Shown here piece after piece: positions 19,594 through 30,967 of a DNA stretch of 64,000 nucleotides. The stretch is taken from NCBI GenBank assembly GCA_963771885.1, contig CAVYVF010000023.1:288001-352000 (forward strand), in the 5' to 3' direction. Made by a program: the position numbers and the translations under genes. How positions within the stretch are numbered: the stretch's first letter is position 1; each line of letters starts with the position of its first letter. This DNA comes from Candidatus Bathyarchaeota archaeon. GTDB lineage: Archaea > Thermoproteota > Bathyarchaeia > TCS64. The notes under the pieces were generated by a model, which searched no databases, was not told where the DNA came from, and was given only the letters and a program-made list of their open reading frames with translations.

Positions 19594-20643
19594 CTAGGCC
19601 TCGACGACGGCGTCGTTCACCGTCATGTTTAGCACAGCCTCCGCGATGTCTGCGCCGTACTCCGATGTTCTGACGATGCTCTCGACGATGAGCCTAAGCT
19701 GAGGCACGTCCTCGACCGGGGCGAGCTTGACTATCTTGTGGATAACCTCGTCTTCCATCCCGCTTGTGTCCTCAGCGGCATCCATCGTCGAGTCGGCCTC
19801 GGAGTAATCCTCGTCGAAGAGCGCCTCCATCGAGGCCTCGAAGACCTTGATGGCTGAACCGCTTATCCCGTTGAGCTCCGCGAGTATCTCATCGTTGATC
19901 GGCACGAGGTGCAGGGCGAGGCGGTTCTCGGCGATGTTCGTCGCGTGGTCCGCCATGCGCTCGACCGACTTCGTGATGAGGCGGTACCCGAGCAGCTGCC
20001 GGGGCGTGTTTATGCCGCTCTCCTTTAGCACATGGGCGTCCATCGAAGCCACGTTGAGCAGTCTGATCACGTAGAAGCTGAAGCGGTCAACCTCGTCATC
20101 CATCGCTACTATCTCCTTGGCGATGCGGGGGTTGTCGGTGCTCAGCGTCTGCACCGCGTCCCTGTGCATCGAGGCGGCGATGATCGACATCCGCCTGAGC
20201 GCGTCCTTTACGGATAGCTCCGAGTAACTCAGCAATATCTGGAGTGTAAGCTCGTTGGGCAGATCGCTCAGGATCTCTGTGCCGACGAGCTTCTTCCGCA
20301 CGAAGTCCTTTATGGCGAAGCGGGTCTCAAGGTCGATCCTCTTCTCGTTGGAGCGTATCTGCAGGATGTTGTAGCCGTTGACATAGGCGGAGACCATGCG
20401 GCGCACCACACTATCCGGCTTCTCCCCCTGCTCTATCGATATTATGACCTTACGGACCCTATCGGGGGACACGAGGCCCTTCGGCTGCAGGCATAGGGAC
20501 ATATCGTCACGCTGGCTCATGCTCACGACGCTGCCCTTCTTGAGGCCGAGCTGGTCGACCCAGTCCTTTGGCAATGAGATTATGTATGTGGATCCGCCTG
20601 TAACCTGTATCTTACGAAGCTCTTCCTGTTCCTGAACAGACAT
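19594..20643 (-). CDS. Phosphate uptake regulator (AbrB-type N-terminus + PhoU domains)
   Basis: RKIQVTGGSTYIISLPKDW, DDEVDR, ERMADHA; divergent from pstS; GGAGG before ATG 20643. Confidence 0.93.
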   Translation of the reverse strand: MSVQEQEELRKIQVTGGSTYIISLPKDWVDQLGLKKGSVVSMSQRDDMSLCLQPKGLVSPDRVRKVIISIEQGEKPDSVVRRMVSAYVNGYNILQIRSNEKRIDLETRFAIKDFVRKKLVGTEILSDLPNELTLQILLSYSELSVKDALRRMSIIAASMHRDAVQTLSTDNPRIAKEIVAMDDEVDRFSFYVIRLLNVASMDAHVLKESGINTPRQLLGYRLITKSVERMADHATNIAENRLALHLVPINDEILAELNGISGSAIKVFEASMEALFDEDYSEADSTMDAAEDTSGMEDEVIHKIVKLAPVEDVPQLRLIVESIVRTSEYGADIAEAVLNMTVNDAVVEA

Positions 20644-20724
20644 CTGCTTCTCCCCCTCCGTTTTTCTCTTGGTTGGAATATAGGTCACACCCTATTTATG
20701 TTATCCAACGTAAAAACAATAATA

Positions 20725-20775
20725 AAAATATAGCTATAGTATCTCTATATAATCTATAAGTAAGTTATATAATCG
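20725..20775. promoter_or_regulatory. AT-rich divergent promoter with periodic YTATA units (candidate phosphate-responsive sites)
   Basis: CTATA/TTATA at 20734, 20745, 20754, 20765; TATATAATC repeated at 20746 and 20766. Confidence 0.5.
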
Positions 20776-20801
20776 GCGCACTTCATGCAGTAATCGAGAA
20801 A

Positions 20802-21737
20802 ATGAGACAAACAGCAATAATTGGGTTAGTTGCCGCTATTCTATTAGTGGCGGCCGGATATTGGTGGTGGTCAAATCAGCAGGCCACCGGCATAGGATTA
20901 TCGGGCACGATTGAAATCGATGGCTCAAGCACGGTTTTCCCAATAACCCAGGCAATGGCCGAGGAGTTCCAGAACATACACCCGGGCGTTAAGATCAACG
21001 TCGGCATAAGTGGGACGGGGGGCGGCTTCAAGCGATTCACAAAGGGTGAAACCGACATAAGCGACGCCTCGAGACCGATCTCTACCTCGGAAGTCGATGC
21101 GGCACACACTAACAACATTAACTATGTCGAGTTTAAGATAGCCCTCGACGGGATAGCGGTCGTCGTAAACCCCCAGAATATTTGGGTGGACTACCTCACG
21201 ACCGCAGAACTGAAGGCGATATGGGAGACGAACAGCACTGTCATGAGTTGGTCGGATGTAAGGGCGGGTTGGCCAAATCAGCCCTTACACCTCTACGGCC
21301 CGGGTACGGACAGCGGGACATTTGACTACTTCACAGAGGTTATCAACGGTAAGACAAAGGCGAGCAGGGCAGACTTCACCGCGAGTGAGGACGACAACAT
21401 TCTCGTCCAAGGCGTGAGCGGCGACGCGAATAGCCTAGGATACTTCGGCTACGCGTACTATGTTGAGAACTCGGATAATGTGAAGATTGTGCCTATAGAT
21501 TCGGGCTCAGGACCAGTGACGCCGGACGACTCTACCATCACCAATAATGAGTACACGCCCCTCAGCCGGCCGTTATTCATCTACGTGAATACCGCCTCGC
21601 TCCAGAGAGAAGGGGTGAAGGCGTTCGCCGAGTTCTACATGGAGAACGGCGAGATCCTCGTGCACGAAGTCGGATATACGCCGTTAGACGCGCTGGTCTA
21701 CGAAAACAACCTGTTAAAAATTAATAGTATGCCATAA
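20802..21737 (+). CDS. pstS: Phosphate ABC transporter substrate-binding protein
   Basis: [34 protein letters not shown]. Confidence 0.96.
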   Translation: MRQTAIIGLVAAILLVAAGYWWWSNQQATGIGLSGTIEIDGSSTVFPITQAMAEEFQNIHPGVKINVGISGTGGGFKRFTKGETDISDASRPISTSEVDAAHTNNINYVEFKIALDGIAVVVNPQNIWVDYLTTAELKAIWETNSTVMSWSDVRAGWPNQPLHLYGPGTDSGTFDYFTEVINGKTKASRADFTASEDDNILVQGVSGDANSLGYFGYAYYVENSDNVKIVPIDSGSGPVTPDDSTITNNEYTPLSRPLFIYVNTASLQREGVKAFAEFYMENGEILVHEVGYTPLDALVYENNLLKINSMP

Positions 21738-21767
21738 TTTTATACATATTATGCAGGAGGGGTCACC

Positions 21768-22673
21768 TTGAAGGGTCAGGATAGTAAAACAAAGCGATCG
21801 CAGAAGCTCAGAGAGGGGTTGATTGAGAAGCTTCTCTTCGGGAGTGCCATCCTCTCCGTCTTCACGACACTCGGCATCCTCGGGCTCTTCGTCTTCGAGG
21901 CATTCGATTTCTTCGGGGAGGTTTCGATAGTTGAGTTCCTCACGGGCACCCTGTGGACGCCGCTGTTTGAGCCGAAACACTTCGGAGTTCTCCCCCTCGT
22001 TGCGGGTACGCTGATGGTGACGGCGATAGCGCTTCTCGTCGCGGTACCGATAGGTTTACTCACTGCAGTCTTCCTCAGTGAGTACGCGTCCGATAGGCTC
22101 AGGCGCATGTTGAAGCCCGTCCTGGAGATACTGGCGGGCATCCCCACAGTTGTCTACGGCTACTTCGCTTTGACATACGTCACGCCTCTGCTCCGGCTTG
22201 TTTTCCCGGAGATCATTGTGTTTAACGCTCTGAGCGCGGGGCTCGTTATGGGTATAATGATCATCCCAATGGTCTCATCCCTGAGCGAGGACGCCATGAT
22301 CGCGGTGCCGAAGTCGCTTAGGGAGGGGGCGTACGCGCTAGGGAGCCAGAAGCATGAAGTGGCGCTCAAGATTGTGTTCCCGTCGGCGCTCTCGGGGATA
22401 ATAGCGTCTGTGATCCTCGCGATAAGTCGCGCTATCGGCGAGACAATGATAGTGAGCATCGCCGCCGGCTCCACGCCTAGGTTCACGTTAAATCCGCTTG
22501 AGAGCATCCAGACAATGACGGGCTATATCACCCAGATCAGCCTCGGTGAGGCACCCTTCGGTAGCATCGAGTACAACACCATCTTCGCTGTGGGGCTCAC
22601 CCTCTTCGTCATGGTAATAATTGTCAACACCCTCGGCAACTGGGCAACCAAGAGATACTGGAGGAGCTACTGA
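21768..22673 (+). CDS. pstC: Phosphate ABC transporter permease
   Basis: [25 protein letters not shown]. Confidence 0.96.
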   Translation: MKGQDSKTKRSQKLREGLIEKLLFGSAILSVFTTLGILGLFVFEAFDFFGEVSIVEFLTGTLWTPLFEPKHFGVLPLVAGTLMVTAIALLVAVPIGLLTAVFLSEYASDRLRRMLKPVLEILAGIPTVVYGYFALTYVTPLLRLVFPEIIVFNALSAGLVMGIMIIPMVSSLSEDAMIAVPKSLREGAYALGSQKHEVALKIVFPSALSGIIASVILAISRAIGETMIVSIAAGSTPRFTLNPLESIQTMTGYITQISLGEAPFGSIEYNTIFAVGLTLFVMVIIVNTLGNWATKRYWRSY

Positions 22674-23533
22674 TGGCGGACAATAATATTCGGAGGCACC
22701 TCACAGGTAGGCTTCTGCTCTCCGCCGCCATCATCGCCGTGTCCATCAGCCTCCTGAGCCTCGTCGTACTCCTCGTAGACGCGTTCTCAGACGGCCTCAC
22801 ATACCTCGACTGGGATTTCATAACGAGCTATCCTAGTAGGTTCCCCGATCAGGCGGGGATACTTCCGGCGCTCTTCGGCACGGTCTGGGTCGTGGGGCTG
22901 ACCGCGCTCTTGTCCTTCCCCATCGGCGTCTTCGCTGCGATATACCTCGAGGAGTATGCTCTGAAGAACAGACTCACCGAGCTGATCCAGCTCAACATCG
23001 CGAACCTCGCAGGTGTTCCCTCCATAGTTTACGGCCTGTTGGGGCTAGGGCTCTTCGTGGAGGCCCTCGCGATGGGGCGCGTCGTCCTAGCCGGAGCCCT
23101 GACGATGACACTTCTAATCCTCCCCGTGATAATCATCACATCGCGAGAGGCGATCCGTAGTGTTCCTAAGGAGTACCGAGAGGGTGCGTTTGCCCTTGGG
23201 GCAAGCAAGTGGCAGGTGACTCGCCGGGTCGTCCTCCCAGAGGCATTTCCCGGCATTCTGACGGGTACCATCCTATCGCTGTCGAGGGCGATCGGCGAGG
23301 CTGCGCCTATGATCGCCATCGCAGCCCTCGCCTACGTCAGGTTTGTGCCCACGAGCCCACTAGACCGCTTCACCGTAATGCCCATCCAGATTTACAACTG
23401 GATCAATATGCCGAGGACCGAGTTTAGGGACCTAGCGGCCTCCGGTATAATCGTACTGCTGATCGTGCTTCTGGCGATGAACAGCGTCGCCATCCTGATC
23501 AGAAACAAGTACCAGAAAAGAGGAGTAGGCTAA
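22673..23533 (+). CDS. pstA: Phosphate ABC transporter permease
   Basis: [28 protein letters not shown]. Confidence 0.96.
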   Translation: MADNNIRRHLTGRLLLSAAIIAVSISLLSLVVLLVDAFSDGLTYLDWDFITSYPSRFPDQAGILPALFGTVWVVGLTALLSFPIGVFAAIYLEEYALKNRLTELIQLNIANLAGVPSIVYGLLGLGLFVEALAMGRVVLAGALTMTLLILPVIIITSREAIRSVPKEYREGAFALGASKWQVTRRVVLPEAFPGILTGTILSLSRAIGEAAPMIAIAALAYVRFVPTSPLDRFTVMPIQIYNWINMPRTEFRDLAASGIIVLLIVLLAMNSVAILIRNKYQKRGVG

Positions 23534-23535
23534 AA

Positions 23536-24378
23536 ATGGCTCAAAACGTAGTTAAGAACCCGTTCACATACAGCGACGCGGATGAGATGCCGCAGGAAAC
23601 AAAGGGACTCGGCTCCATGGGGAGAAACGACAAGATCAGCTTCAGGGAATATAACCTCTGGTACGGGACGAAGCACGCCCTCAAGAAGATCAATATCGAC
23701 ATCAAGAACAACCTCGTCACCGCCATCATGGGGCCCTCAGGCTGCGGCAAGAGCAGCCTCCTCCGGAGCATTAACAGGATAAACGACCTGATACCGACCT
23801 GCCGGACCGAAGGCGCGCTCCTCATCGACGGCGAGAACATCTATGAAGCGAAGGTCGACGTCGACGACCTCCGGCGGCGCGTCGGGATGGTCTTCCAGAA
23901 GCCGAACCCTTTCCCGAAGAGCATCTACGAGAACGTCGCTTTCGGCCCCAAGATACACGGCACAACTGAGAAAGCGGATCTCGACGCTATAGTCGAGAAG
24001 AGCCTAAAAGGCGCGGCGCTCTGGGAAGAGGTAAAGGACCGCCTGAACGACAACGCCTACAGCCTCTCGGGCGGCCAGCAGCAACGCCTCTGCATAGCAA
24101 GGGCCCTCTCCATCGAGCCAGAGATTATTCTAATGGACGAGCCATGCAGCGCCTTAGACCCTATCGCCACCACAAAGATTGAAACGCTGATGAGGCAGCT
24201 CAAGGACAGCTATACGGTGGTGCTGGTCACTCATAACCTTCAGCAGGCCGCGAGGGTGAGCGATATGACCGCCTTCATGTACATAGGCGAGGTAGTAGAG
24301 TTTGGGAACACGCGGGGTGTCTTCGAAAACCCCCGAAACGAGCTGACGGAGAACTACATAACTGGGAAGTTCGGGTGA
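23536..24378 (+). CDS. pstB: Phosphate ABC transporter ATPase
   Basis: [42 protein letters not shown]. Confidence 0.97.
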   Translation: MAQNVVKNPFTYSDADEMPQETKGLGSMGRNDKISFREYNLWYGTKHALKKINIDIKNNLVTAIMGPSGCGKSSLLRSINRINDLIPTCRTEGALLIDGENIYEAKVDVDDLRRRVGMVFQKPNPFPKSIYENVAFGPKIHGTTEKADLDAIVEKSLKGAALWEEVKDRLNDNAYSLSGGQQQRLCIARALSIEPEIILMDEPCSALDPIATTKIETLMRQLKDSYTVVLVTHNLQQAARVSDMTAFMYIGEVVEFGNTRGVFENPRNELTENYITGKFG

Positions 24379-25022
24379 CGATGATGGCACGACCACTGGA
24401 TCAGGGGATAGTGAGGATCAAGAGCCTCATCATAAAGATGGGTAGGCTCACCGAGGAAACACTCAAACTAGCCATGGAGGGATTCACGAAGAGGGAGGAC
24501 GTCCACGTCCAGGTTCAGGCGTGGTCGAACACCATTCTCATGCTCTCCGAGGAAGTCGAGGACAGGGCCACGGAGTTGATCGCCCTCCAACAGCCGATGG
24601 CGGGGGACCTGCGCACCCTCAAGGCCTACATTAAGATCGCTTACGACATCGAGCGCTACAGCAGGTACGCCCTCGACATCTCCGATGTGCTCAACAGACT
24701 CGAGGACTGGCCACCGTTCCCGGGGGAGTTAAAGTTAGACGAGATGGCTGAAAAGACCCTCACCACGATGGGCATCTCCATACACCTCATAGAGGCGATG
24801 GACGAGAAACTCGTCTTCGAGCTATCCCGCCTCGAGGCGGAAACGGACGAGCTCTACCTGAAGAACCTCGCAGCCTTGGCGGCAGCGAAGGGCACAGACC
24901 ACAGGACGATAATCGCCTACACCCTCACCATTAGGTACCTCGAGAGAATCGCCGACCACGCGAGCTACATAGCCGAGTCGCTAACATATGCCTCTACCGG
25001 GCGGCGCCTCACCCTCCGCTAA
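24375..25022 (+). CDS. phoU: Phosphate signalling protein PhoU
   Basis: [21 protein letters not shown]; follows pstB. Confidence 0.93.
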   Translation: MTMMARPLDQGIVRIKSLIIKMGRLTEETLKLAMEGFTKREDVHVQVQAWSNTILMLSEEVEDRATELIALQQPMAGDLRTLKAYIKIAYDIERYSRYALDISDVLNRLEDWPPFPGELKLDEMAEKTLTTMGISIHLIEAMDEKLVFELSRLEAETDELYLKNLAALAAAKGTDHRTIIAYTLTIRYLERIADHASYIAESLTYASTGRRLTLR

Positions 25023-25064
25023 ACCGTTTTAACCCCTCGGGGATCCATTCAGATTGATACGCTC

Positions 25065-25526
25065 TTGAAGTACGACGTCGAGAAGATTAGGAAGAGCTCG
25101 GAGTCGGTCCACGACTACGTCTCGGAGCCGAGTAAGGCGAAGGAGGCCTTCGACAAGAGACGCATTGAGTACAAGCTCGACACTGCTGCGGTTAAGGAAC
25201 TCAAAAAGAAGACTAGGGATTATTTCGTGGTCGCCTTCAGCGCCGAGTGGTGCCCAGACTGCATGAGGAACATTCCCGTCCTCGAAATTCTAGCCGAGGC
25301 GACGGGGCTCGAGGTCAGGGTCTTCGGCCATATAATGAGGGACGCTAAGAGCAACACGAGGAAGTGGGCGGTACCGCCGAGCCCGCCGGAGGTCTACGAG
25401 TTTAACGTCTCAAAGATACCTCTCATAGTCGTTCTACGTAAGGACGGTGAGTTGACTGGGGAGATAGTTGAGAACCCTCCCTCTGGAGTCACCGTTGAGA
25501 AGGCGCTGCTCGACCTTATGAAATAG
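25065..25526 (+). CDS. Thioredoxin-family protein
   Basis: WCPDC active site and cis-Pro region KIPLIVV. Confidence 0.85.
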   Translation: MKYDVEKIRKSSESVHDYVSEPSKAKEAFDKRRIEYKLDTAAVKELKKKTRDYFVVAFSAEWCPDCMRNIPVLEILAEATGLEVRVFGHIMRDAKSNTRKWAVPPSPPEVYEFNVSKIPLIVVLRKDGELTGEIVENPPSGVTVEKALLDLMK

Positions 25527-25571
25527 CCCAAATTTTTAACGCTAGTTAAACATACTCTCCAGCGATAAGCC

Positions 25572-26120
25572 ATGAGGGAAGGCACGGTCTACCGCCGCTT
25601 CAAGGCCCGCGATGGCAGGAAAGTCACGTTGCGCGCCCCGAAGTGGAGCGATGTCGATGACATGCTCGACTTCATCAACGGCCTCGTCGAAGAGAGGGCG
25701 ATGATCATGATGAACGAGAGGCAGACCCGGGACCAGGAGGTTGACTGGATCGGTAAACTGCTGTCGAACGTCGAGAGGGATAAGATGGTCGCCGTTGTCG
25801 CTGAGGTCGAGGGCAGATTCGCGGGGAGCTGCGAGATAACGCCTAAGAGAGGCTACTCAAGCCACCTCGGAAGCCTCGGAATAAGCCTCGTCGCTGAGTT
25901 CCGCGACCTTGGCATAGGGCAGGAGATGATGCTCGAGGCTGAGAAGCAAGTCAAGCACCTAGGTGTCGAGGTCGTCGACCTCGAGGTCTTCGACAGCAAC
26001 GCGCGCGCCATACACACTTATGAGAAGGTCGGCTACAAGATTACGGGTAAGATACCCGAGGCACTCAAGTACGGCGGTGGGTATGTCGACGCCCTCATCA
26101 TGACGAAGCGCATAGCCTAA
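25572..26120 (+). CDS. GNAT family N-acetyltransferase
   Basis: FRDLGIG, NARAIHTYEKVGY. Confidence 0.9.
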   Translation: MREGTVYRRFKARDGRKVTLRAPKWSDVDDMLDFINGLVEERAMIMMNERQTRDQEVDWIGKLLSNVERDKMVAVVAEVEGRFAGSCEITPKRGYSSHLGSLGISLVAEFRDLGIGQEMMLEAEKQVKHLGVEVVDLEVFDSNARAIHTYEKVGYKITGKIPEALKYGGGYVDALIMTKRIA

Positions 26121-26297
26121 TCAGGCAACCTTTTTATCCCGTCTAAACCATCTTGGGGCTGGGAATAGGGATGGTCGTGTATCAGCCGGACTGGGCATTA
26201 GCCTAGACGAGGCAAACAACAGCCTAGACCCTAGAAACCTTCTAAACCGCGTGGCGATGGTTGATAGCCAATACGTCACCGGCGGGAGGCGAATGTA

Positions 26298-27428
26298 TTG
26301 AGTGCAGAGAACAAGAACGACAACATGGTAGTAACCCCGTGGGAGGTCAAGGGTGACATAGACTACGGAACGCTCATACAGCGCTTCGGTACCCAGCCGC
26401 TCACGGAGGAGCTCAAGGAGAGGATCGCCAAACACGCGGGCTACATGCATATGCAGCTCCGCCGCAACGTCTACTTCAGCCACAGGGATCTAGATTGGTG
26501 GCTGAACCAGTATGACGCGGGGCACCCCGTGGGCCTTTACACGGGCCGCGGCCCGTCCGGCGGCGTCCACCTCGGGCACCTGCTGCCGTGGTTCTTCTGT
26601 GCCTACCTCCAGAAGGCATACAACGCGGAGCTCTACTTCCAGATGACAGACGACGAGAAATTCCTACACCGCGAAGACCTCACACTAGACGAAACCATCG
26701 CCTACTCTTACGACAATGCTCTGGATGTGATCGCCTGCGGCGTCCAGCCCAAGCTGACGCACATCTTCAGCGACACAGACCACATAGATCACATCTACAA
26801 GCTGGGACTTCAGGTGTCGAAGAGGATAACGATGAGCACGGTGAAGGCTGTCTTCGGCTTCACCGACTCGGATAACATCGGGTTGACGTGGTACCCAGCG
26901 CTTCAGGCGATGACTTGCTTCCTGCAGAGCTACCGCGAGGGCAGGAAAGTCGCGTGCCTCATACCCGCCGCAATCGACCAGGACCCCTACTGGCGCATGA
27001 CCCGCGACATCGCAGAGAAGATGGGCTACACGAAGCCTACGCAAATACACAACAAGTTCCTACCACCCCTCACGCAGGGGGGTAAAATGAGCGCTAGTCA
27101 GCCAGAGTCCGCCATCTTCACCACGGACGTACCGGAGAAGGCAGCAAAGAAAGTTATGGCGGCATTCACCGGCGGACGGGAGACAATAAAGCTCCAGAAG
27201 GAGCTCGGCGGCCGCCCCGAGGTCTGTAACATCTACGCCTACTACTACTACATCTTCGAGGAGGAGGATAAGAACCTCGCCGAGATAGAGCAGCAGTGCC
27301 GATCAGGCGCCCTAGTCTGCGGGGACTGCAAAGCGCGCCTAGCCTTGATGGTTAAAACCTTCCTCATAGACTTTCAGGCTAAGAGGAAGAAGGCGAAGGA
27401 CAACCTCCAGGACTACCTCATAAAGTAG
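26298..27428 (+). CDS. trpS: Tryptophanyl-tRNA synthetase
   Basis: VTPWEV, YTGRGPS..HLGH, TDDEK, IPAAIDQDPY, KMSAS. Confidence 0.97.
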   Translation: MSAENKNDNMVVTPWEVKGDIDYGTLIQRFGTQPLTEELKERIAKHAGYMHMQLRRNVYFSHRDLDWWLNQYDAGHPVGLYTGRGPSGGVHLGHLLPWFFCAYLQKAYNAELYFQMTDDEKFLHREDLTLDETIAYSYDNALDVIACGVQPKLTHIFSDTDHIDHIYKLGLQVSKRITMSTVKAVFGFTDSDNIGLTWYPALQAMTCFLQSYREGRKVACLIPAAIDQDPYWRMTRDIAEKMGYTKPTQIHNKFLPPLTQGGKMSASQPESAIFTTDVPEKAAKKVMAAFTGGRETIKLQKELGGRPEVCNIYAYYYYIFEEEDKNLAEIEQQCRSGALVCGDCKARLALMVKTFLIDFQAKRKKAKDNLQDYLIK

Positions 27429-27432
27429 CACC

Positions 27433-27439
27433 TTTTTTT
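27433..27439 (+). terminator. Oligo-T tract after trpS (archaeal-type terminator)
   Basis: T7 four bases after the stop codon. Confidence 0.45.
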
Positions 27440-27477
27440 GAAAAAGGATAAAGCCTCGACGCAAGAATTATTCCACC

Positions 27478-29013
27478 ATGAATTCTAACCTGAAGAGTGA
27501 ATACGACCAACTCCTGTCGAAGGCGAAGGATCTCGCAATCATCCAGTCGACGACGGCGATAGTGAGCTGGGACATGGAGACCAAGATGCCTCCGAAGGCG
27601 CTCAACCTCCGCAGCCAGCAGATCGCCCAACTCGAGGTCATAGGGCACAAGATGCTCACAGACCCCGCCATCGGCAAGACAATAGAGGACATAGAGAAAG
27701 ACCCGGGATACTACGAGCTCGACAAGGCGCAGAAGAGAAACGTCTACCTCACCAAAAAGGCATACGACGAGTCAACGAAGCTCCCCGAGGAACTCGTCTT
27801 CGAAACGGCTAAGCAGCAGACCATCTCCGTGGGCGTCTGGAAGAAGGCCAAGGCGGCCAAGGACTACAAAATGTTCAAGCCGGAGTTGAAGAAGATGATA
27901 GAGCTCCGCATGAAGGCGGCGGATATACTCATGGGTGTTAAGGGTACGAAAACGCCCTACGATGCCTTGCTCGACATATTCGAGTCAAAGATGACCGCGG
28001 ATAAGACGACTAAGATCTTCGACGCCATGCGCGTCGGCCTCATGGGCATCATGAAGAAGGTGGAGAAATCAGGCGAAAAACCCGACACCTCGATGCTCCG
28101 TCGCCCCGTCCCCGTCGAGGTCCAGAAGAAGATCAGCGATGCCGCTATGGAGTTCATCGGCTACGACACGAAGAGCCCCAACGCAGGCGGTCGCCTCGAC
28201 GAGACGGAGCACCCCTTCACAACCGGCTACTACGACGACGTCCGCATTACCACGCACTACCATGAGGACAGGTGGCCCTCTAGCCTCTATAGCGTCCTCC
28301 ACGAGGGCGGCCACGCCATGTACGAGCAGGGACTCCCCCACGACTGGATGTACCAGCCCATCGGCAGCTCCGCGAGCTTCGGAATACACGAGAGCCAGAG
28401 CCGATTCGTCGAGAACATGGTAGGCCACAGCCCCGATTTCCTCAGCTACATGCTACCACGTCTAAAGAAGATCGTCGGTAAGCCTCTTAGGGGCGTCAAG
28501 CTCGCCGACTTCGTCACAGCCGTCAACGTCGTTGAGCCTAGCAAGATCAGAATAGAGGCCGACGAGGTCACCTACGGGCTCCACATCATAATCCGCTTCG
28601 AGATGGAGAGGGACATCTTCTCCGGCAAGCTCAAGGTCGATGAGCTGCCACACGCGTGGAATGAGAAGTACGACAAGTACCTCGGGGTTGAGATAGAAAA
28701 CGACTCGGAGGGCGTCATGCAGGATACCCACTGGGCGAGCGGCTACTACGGCTACTTCCCCAGCTACGCCTTGGGCAACATCTACGGCGGCATGTTCCTC
28801 AAGAAGCTAAAGAAGGACCAGCCGGCATGGAAGAAGGAACTCAAGAAGGGCAACTTCACCCCCGTTAAGAGCTGGATGATTGAGAACGTACACAGCAAGG
28901 GCAACCTCTACGACCCTGCCGACCTAGTCAAGGAGGTCACCGGCGAGAGCCTCACCGTGAAGCCCTTCATAGCCTACCTCGAGAAAAAGTACTCCAAGAT
29001 ATATGGCTTCTAA
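27478..29013 (+). CDS. Carboxypeptidase M32
   Basis: HPF, DVRITT, HEGGH, HESQ, IRIEADE, GVMQDTHW, GYFPSY. Confidence 0.97.
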   Translation: MNSNLKSEYDQLLSKAKDLAIIQSTTAIVSWDMETKMPPKALNLRSQQIAQLEVIGHKMLTDPAIGKTIEDIEKDPGYYELDKAQKRNVYLTKKAYDESTKLPEELVFETAKQQTISVGVWKKAKAAKDYKMFKPELKKMIELRMKAADILMGVKGTKTPYDALLDIFESKMTADKTTKIFDAMRVGLMGIMKKVEKSGEKPDTSMLRRPVPVEVQKKISDAAMEFIGYDTKSPNAGGRLDETEHPFTTGYYDDVRITTHYHEDRWPSSLYSVLHEGGHAMYEQGLPHDWMYQPIGSSASFGIHESQSRFVENMVGHSPDFLSYMLPRLKKIVGKPLRGVKLADFVTAVNVVEPSKIRIEADEVTYGLHIIIRFEMERDIFSGKLKVDELPHAWNEKYDKYLGVEIENDSEGVMQDTHWASGYYGYFPSYALGNIYGGMFLKKLKKDQPAWKKELKKGNFTPVKSWMIENVHSKGNLYDPADLVKEVTGESLTVKPFIAYLEKKYSKIYGF

Positions 29014-29107
29014 CACACCAACCTTGATTCCGGATCCCGATTTTTATTAACTCGTGTTTTTACGATATTCGACTCAGATATAAGCCGCCGCGCCCCCTTT
29101 TTGTGCC

Positions 29108-30073
29108 GTGAGTGTCCCGGAGGAACTTCGCAATCGCTACTTGAGGCAGCGCTACAGACTGGTGGGCGGGCACAGCGCGGTCAAGACGTGCACGTGGCTC
29201 GCAAAGTCTCTGCGTTCCTCGGGGGCTGAGCACTGCTACAAGCAGAAGTTCTACGGTGTCCCCACGCACCGTTGCCTGCAGATGACGCCGGGCCTCGGCC
29301 ACTGCACGCAGAGCTGCGTCTTCTGCTGGCGCGCCACGCCGGAGACACTCGGCGTCAGCTGGGAGCAGACGCAGCCCATAAGCTATGGGGACGACCCAGA
29401 CGCGATAGTCGAAGGCGCAATCGCCGCCCACAAAAAGCTCATCTACGGCTGGGGAGGCAACGAGAAAGTAACCGAACAGTTCTCCAAGGAGGCCCTCAAC
29501 CCTGTGCATGCCGCCATAAGCCTCGAGGGGGAACCGACACTCTATGACAGACTCGGCGAACTCGTGGCGAGCTTCAAGGCCCACGGATTCCGAAGCGTCT
29601 TCATAGTCACTAACGGCACAAAGCCGGAGGCTCTAGCCAACCTTGGCACTGAGCCCAGCCAGCTCTATGTCAGCCTATGCGCTCCTGATGAGGAGACCTA
29701 TAACCGGACTTGCCGTCCTATGATCCCTGGCGCTTGGGGAAAGGTAATGGAGACCCTCGACATCCTCCAGAGCTTCAGGTGCCCCACCGTAATACGTCAG
29801 ACTCTCGTCCCTAAGCTCAATATGGGTAACATCCCCGGCTACGCCGAGCTCGTTCTCCGCGGTGAGCCCACCTACGTAGAACCTAAGGGGGCCATGAGCG
29901 TCGGCTTCGCCAGGAAGCGCTTCTCCTACGAGGAGATGGCGAGCTACAAACAGATCAAGGAATTCGCCGAGAACCTCAGCGCTCTCACAGGATACAACCA
30001 GATAGACGAGCAGTACGAGAGCAATATAGTGCTCCTCAGCCGCCTAACCAAACCGATAAACCTCTACGCCTAA
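29108..30073 (+). CDS. taw1: 4-demethylwyosine synthase (TYW1/Taw1 radical SAM)
   Basis: HSAVKxCxW, CYKxKFYG, CTQSCVFCWR, AISLxGEPT, VTNGT. Confidence 0.95.
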   Translation: MSVPEELRNRYLRQRYRLVGGHSAVKTCTWLAKSLRSSGAEHCYKQKFYGVPTHRCLQMTPGLGHCTQSCVFCWRATPETLGVSWEQTQPISYGDDPDAIVEGAIAAHKKLIYGWGGNEKVTEQFSKEALNPVHAAISLEGEPTLYDRLGELVASFKAHGFRSVFIVTNGTKPEALANLGTEPSQLYVSLCAPDEETYNRTCRPMIPGAWGKVMETLDILQSFRCPTVIRQTLVPKLNMGNIPGYAELVLRGEPTYVEPKGAMSVGFARKRFSYEEMASYKQIKEFAENLSALTGYNQIDEQYESNIVLLSRLTKPINLYA

Positions 30074-30107
30074 AGGTTTTAAGCCCCCGCGAACTGTAGC
30101 CTCCCCA

Positions 30108-30587
30108 ATGATAGTAAAGATCGGAGTCAGAACCCTCAACGAGGACCTCGTCGCTTATAAAGAGCTTAAGCCAGATGAGAGCGAAGCCGAGGCATTCGCC
30201 AAGCTCAACGCCGAGGCACACGAGAAGGGCGTGAGGGTGAAGGACCCCACCATGGTCATCTACTACGACCCCAAGGAAGCGAACAGCTGCCGTAGGGAGG
30301 TCCTCGTACCCGTCGACCGCGACGCCCCGGGACTCAAGACCAAGAAACTAAATCCCCTTAGGGCCGGCTTCATAGTATACTCAGGCGTCAGCCACCCACC
30401 AGAGTACTACTACGATGAGCTGATGAATCACCTAAAAGCGAGGGGCCTAAAACCGGTTACGGGTAACTTCTGCAGTATGGAGGCAGTATACCAACCCGAC
30501 AACTTCAACCTCAGCTCCGGGAGCTTTGTCGACGAGGACAGCCAGGACACGTGGACGACGGAGATACTCGTCCCCGTCGAGGGCTAA
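30108..30587 (+). CDS. GyrI-like small-molecule-binding protein
   Basis: MVIYYDP...EVLVPV and EAVY...TEILVPV two-fold pattern. Confidence 0.7.
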   Translation: MIVKIGVRTLNEDLVAYKELKPDESEAEAFAKLNAEAHEKGVRVKDPTMVIYYDPKEANSCRREVLVPVDRDAPGLKTKKLNPLRAGFIVYSGVSHPPEYYYDELMNHLKARGLKPVTGNFCSMEAVYQPDNFNLSSGSFVDEDSQDTWTTEILVPVEG

Positions 30588-30621
30588 ACATTTTAACGGA
30601 GCTCCGCACCATCTGAGTCGA

Positions 30622-30696
30622 GCGACTGTAGTCTAGTGGTTAGGATTCTGGCCTTCCAAGCCAGTAACCCGGGTTCAAATCCCGGCGGTCGCACCA
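30622..30696 (+). tRNA. tRNA-Gly(TCC), CCA encoded
   Basis: GCGACTG...CTGGC-CT-TCC-AA-GCCAG...GGTTCAAATCC...CGGTCGC-ACCA; TTTTAA about 30 bp upstream. Confidence 0.96.
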
Positions 30697-30967
30697 ACAC
30701 ACTGTAGTAATCACCCAAATACACATCGTAATTGTGGCAATCTTCAAACCACTCTCAGATAACAGCCAAGAGTTGGGTCGAGCAGAAAGAGCCCGTCAGA
30801 AGCATGATCAAGTAACCACCCATCCCCGAGATTCTCGGGTACCGCACGGCAAATGCTGATTTCCTTGGGTTCCTTACGAAGCCGGAGTCAAAGGGGGAGC
30901 TCACCTACTATACCCTAACAAAGTTAACTGAAATCCTCGAATTCAATCTAAGAAGGAAAGACTCTAG

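Noticed and set aside
30697..30967. Integrated element at tRNA-Gly
   Set aside because: No integrase and no duplicated tRNA 3' end (att) in the window; only a short palindrome (CCCGAGATTCTCGGG) and a possible gene remnant.
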